DNA of 42,501 nt from Lentisphaeria bacterium. Lineage in GTDB: Bacteria; Verrucomicrobiota; Lentisphaeria; Victivallales; Victivallaceae. The stretch covers positions 1-42,501 of the forward strand of contig JAFVRT010000246.1 in the NCBI GenBank assembly GCA_017504125.1. Direction: 5' to 3'. The notes beneath the pieces were generated by a model that saw only the letters and a program-made list of their open reading frames with translations, was not told the origin of the DNA and ran no database searches. Shown here one piece after another: positions 41,586 to 42,501 of this stretch (within the stretch, counting starts at the first letter, position 1; each line of letters opens with the position of its first letter). Made by a program: the position numbers and the translations under genes.

Positions 41586-42501
41586 AATTTTCACTTCGCT
41601 TGATATGCCTTGCTGCGGCGGCGATGATCTGTTTCCCCTCCCTCACGGGCGGGGAAGTCAGGATCTCACCCGAAGCGGTAAAAAAATACGGTTTGAAACT
41701 GCTTCAGGAAAAGATCGCGGTAAAGGGTTTGAAACGCTCATATTCCTTTATCTGGATCTCGGATCTTCATGTCATCGACAACGATGTTTCCGAAGTCGCC
41801 GAAGGCAGATCCAGACAGGCAATGATCTACCGCCGGGATATACGCTTCAACAATCCCGTTACAAAGAAAAATCCCGCTTTTCTGTGGAAAGCATTGCCGG
41901 AACTGCTGAACAACTCCGGTGCAGACATGGTGTTTTTCGGCGGCGACATCTGCGACATGGGGAGCAAGGCGAATCTGAAACTGCTGCAGCAGGGATTCAA
42001 GGAACTGAAAGTGCCTTTTATCTTTTTGCGCGAGGATCACGACATCACACCGTGGCATCTGGCAAGCAAGGATATGAAAGAACAGTACGCCATTTCAAAA
42101 GCCATAGACGGACATCCGGGATTCCCGGAAAAGGAGTTCGACGACCTTATCATCGCCGGTCTGGACTACTCCGTCAGGCGCATACAGAAAAAATATCTGG
42201 AACAGTTCAAAAAGATCTGCGCCAAAGGGAAACCGGTCATTCTGCTGATGCATGTCCCCATATATCCCGGCCCCCAAGGCTCCGCCCTCCTCTGGATGAA
42301 CAAAAAAAGACATGTCTGGGACGGAGCCATGAAACTTTACAAACCCATGGATGAATATGTCAACATCATCCGTACTCCCAACGGCCCTGTAAAAGCGGTT
42401 TTCAGCGGGCACTGCCACAAGGATTGGGCAGGATTCCTTGCTCCCGGAGTCCGTCAGCGGGTGTTCCCGGCTGCATTTGAAGGGTTCATCGGTATCATAA
42501 C
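41582..42501 (+). CDS. Secreted calcineurin-like metallophosphoesterase; partial, runs off the window
   Basis: Not in the ORF track because it has no stop in the window. My manual translation from the ATG at 41582 (ATGA overlap with the GH2 stop) gives MKFSLRLICLAAAAMICFPSLTG (signal peptide). It then reads FIWISDLHV (DxH), VFFGGDICD (GDxxD), ILLMHVP and FSGHCHKD (GHxH), and stays open to 42501. Confidence 0.75.
   Translation, partial: MKFSLRLICLAAAAMICFPSLTGGEVRISPEAVKKYGLKLLQEKIAVKGLKRSYSFIWISDLHVIDNDVSEVAEGRSRQAMIYRRDIRFNNPVTKKNPAFLWKALPELLNNSGADMVFFGGDICDMGSKANLKLLQQGFKELKVPFIFLREDHDITPWHLASKDMKEQYAISKAIDGHPGFPEKEFDDLIIAGLDYSVRRIQKKYLEQFKKICAKGKPVILLMHVPIYPGPQGSALLWMNKKRHVWDGAMKLYKPMDEYVNIIRTPNGPVKAVFSGHCHKDWAGFLAPGVRQRVFPAAFEGFIGII

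Noticed and set aside
41605-42354. A 249-aa plus-strand ORF listed in the track.
   Set aside because: It is Arg/Gly/Ser-rich with no motifs. A different frame starting at 41582 encodes a signal peptide and complete metallophosphoesterase motifs and stays open to the window end, so this ORF is an out-of-frame overlap.
1-42501. A search for tRNA, rRNA, tmRNA (given smpB), CRISPR repeats, IS elements, integrases and phage genes.
   Set aside because: No T-loop-like GTTCGAATC motifs occur in any intergenic gap, and the gaps are mostly under 160 nt. I noticed no repeated 25-40-nt units. No ORF has transposase, integrase or recombinase motifs.

Overview
This is a gene-dense 42.5 kb chromosomal segment (about 35 protein genes, roughly 50-55% GC). 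I found no rRNA, tRNA, CRISPR array, transposase, integrase or phage genes. All calls come from motifs I recognise in the ORF translations and from reading the DNA; no searches were run.

The host looks like a diderm (lpxB present), probably an anaerobe (indolepyruvate:ferredoxin oxidoreductase). It is rich in glycoside hydrolases and uses strong AGGAG-type ribosome binding sites. That fits a PVC-type (Lentisphaerota/Kiritimatiellota/Verrucomicrobiota-like) glycan degrader, but I cannot assign a taxon.

Gene order:
- Minus strand: partial SPFH gene, then smpB, dnaJ, grpE.
- A 580-nt non-coding gap, the only large one in the window.
- Plus strand: a small RRM RNA-binding protein.
- Minus strand: a Bat-like operon (vWA-TPR fusion, BatD-TPR-SH3 fusion, Cas4/AddB-like Fe-S nuclease-like gene).
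- Minus strand: a three-gene sugar operon (TIM isomerase, 725-aa clan GH-A-like protein, phosphotriesterase-family hydrolase).
- Minus strand: a zinc-ribbon gene and ispD.
- Plus strand: sugar-1-P nucleotidyltransferase, NahK-like kinase, FHA-MoxR ATPase, DUF58, transglutaminase.
- Plus strand: iorAB; rplU-purC; TauE-MFS; argB-aroK-aroC-(GH-like)-lpxB.
- Minus strand: epmA-efp.
- Plus strand: glycerate kinase, GH29-like gene, small secreted protein; GH63-like gene, GH2 gene, partial metallophosphoesterase.

A recurring TTGAAA-17-TATATT promoter motif, two clear intrinsic terminators and several 4-nt start/stop overlaps give a fairly clean operon map.

The best candidates for something undescribed are:
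1. The compacted Bat-like operon ending in a translationally coupled Cas4-like 4-Cys nuclease-like gene.
2. A MoxR ATPase with an N-terminal FHA domain in which all three phosphothreonine-contacting residues are replaced, sitting in a MoxR-DUF58-transglutaminase module that may be co-transcribed with a sugar-nucleotide salvage pair.
3. A promoter plus 85-nt hairpin plus T-tract unit (candidate sRNA or regulatory leader) upstream of the RRM gene.
4. A glycerate kinase linked to divergent GH29-like and GH63-like enzymes, which could be glycosyl-glycerate catabolism.

Nearly every real gene carries a long codon-aligned antisense ORF; I rejected these as shadows.
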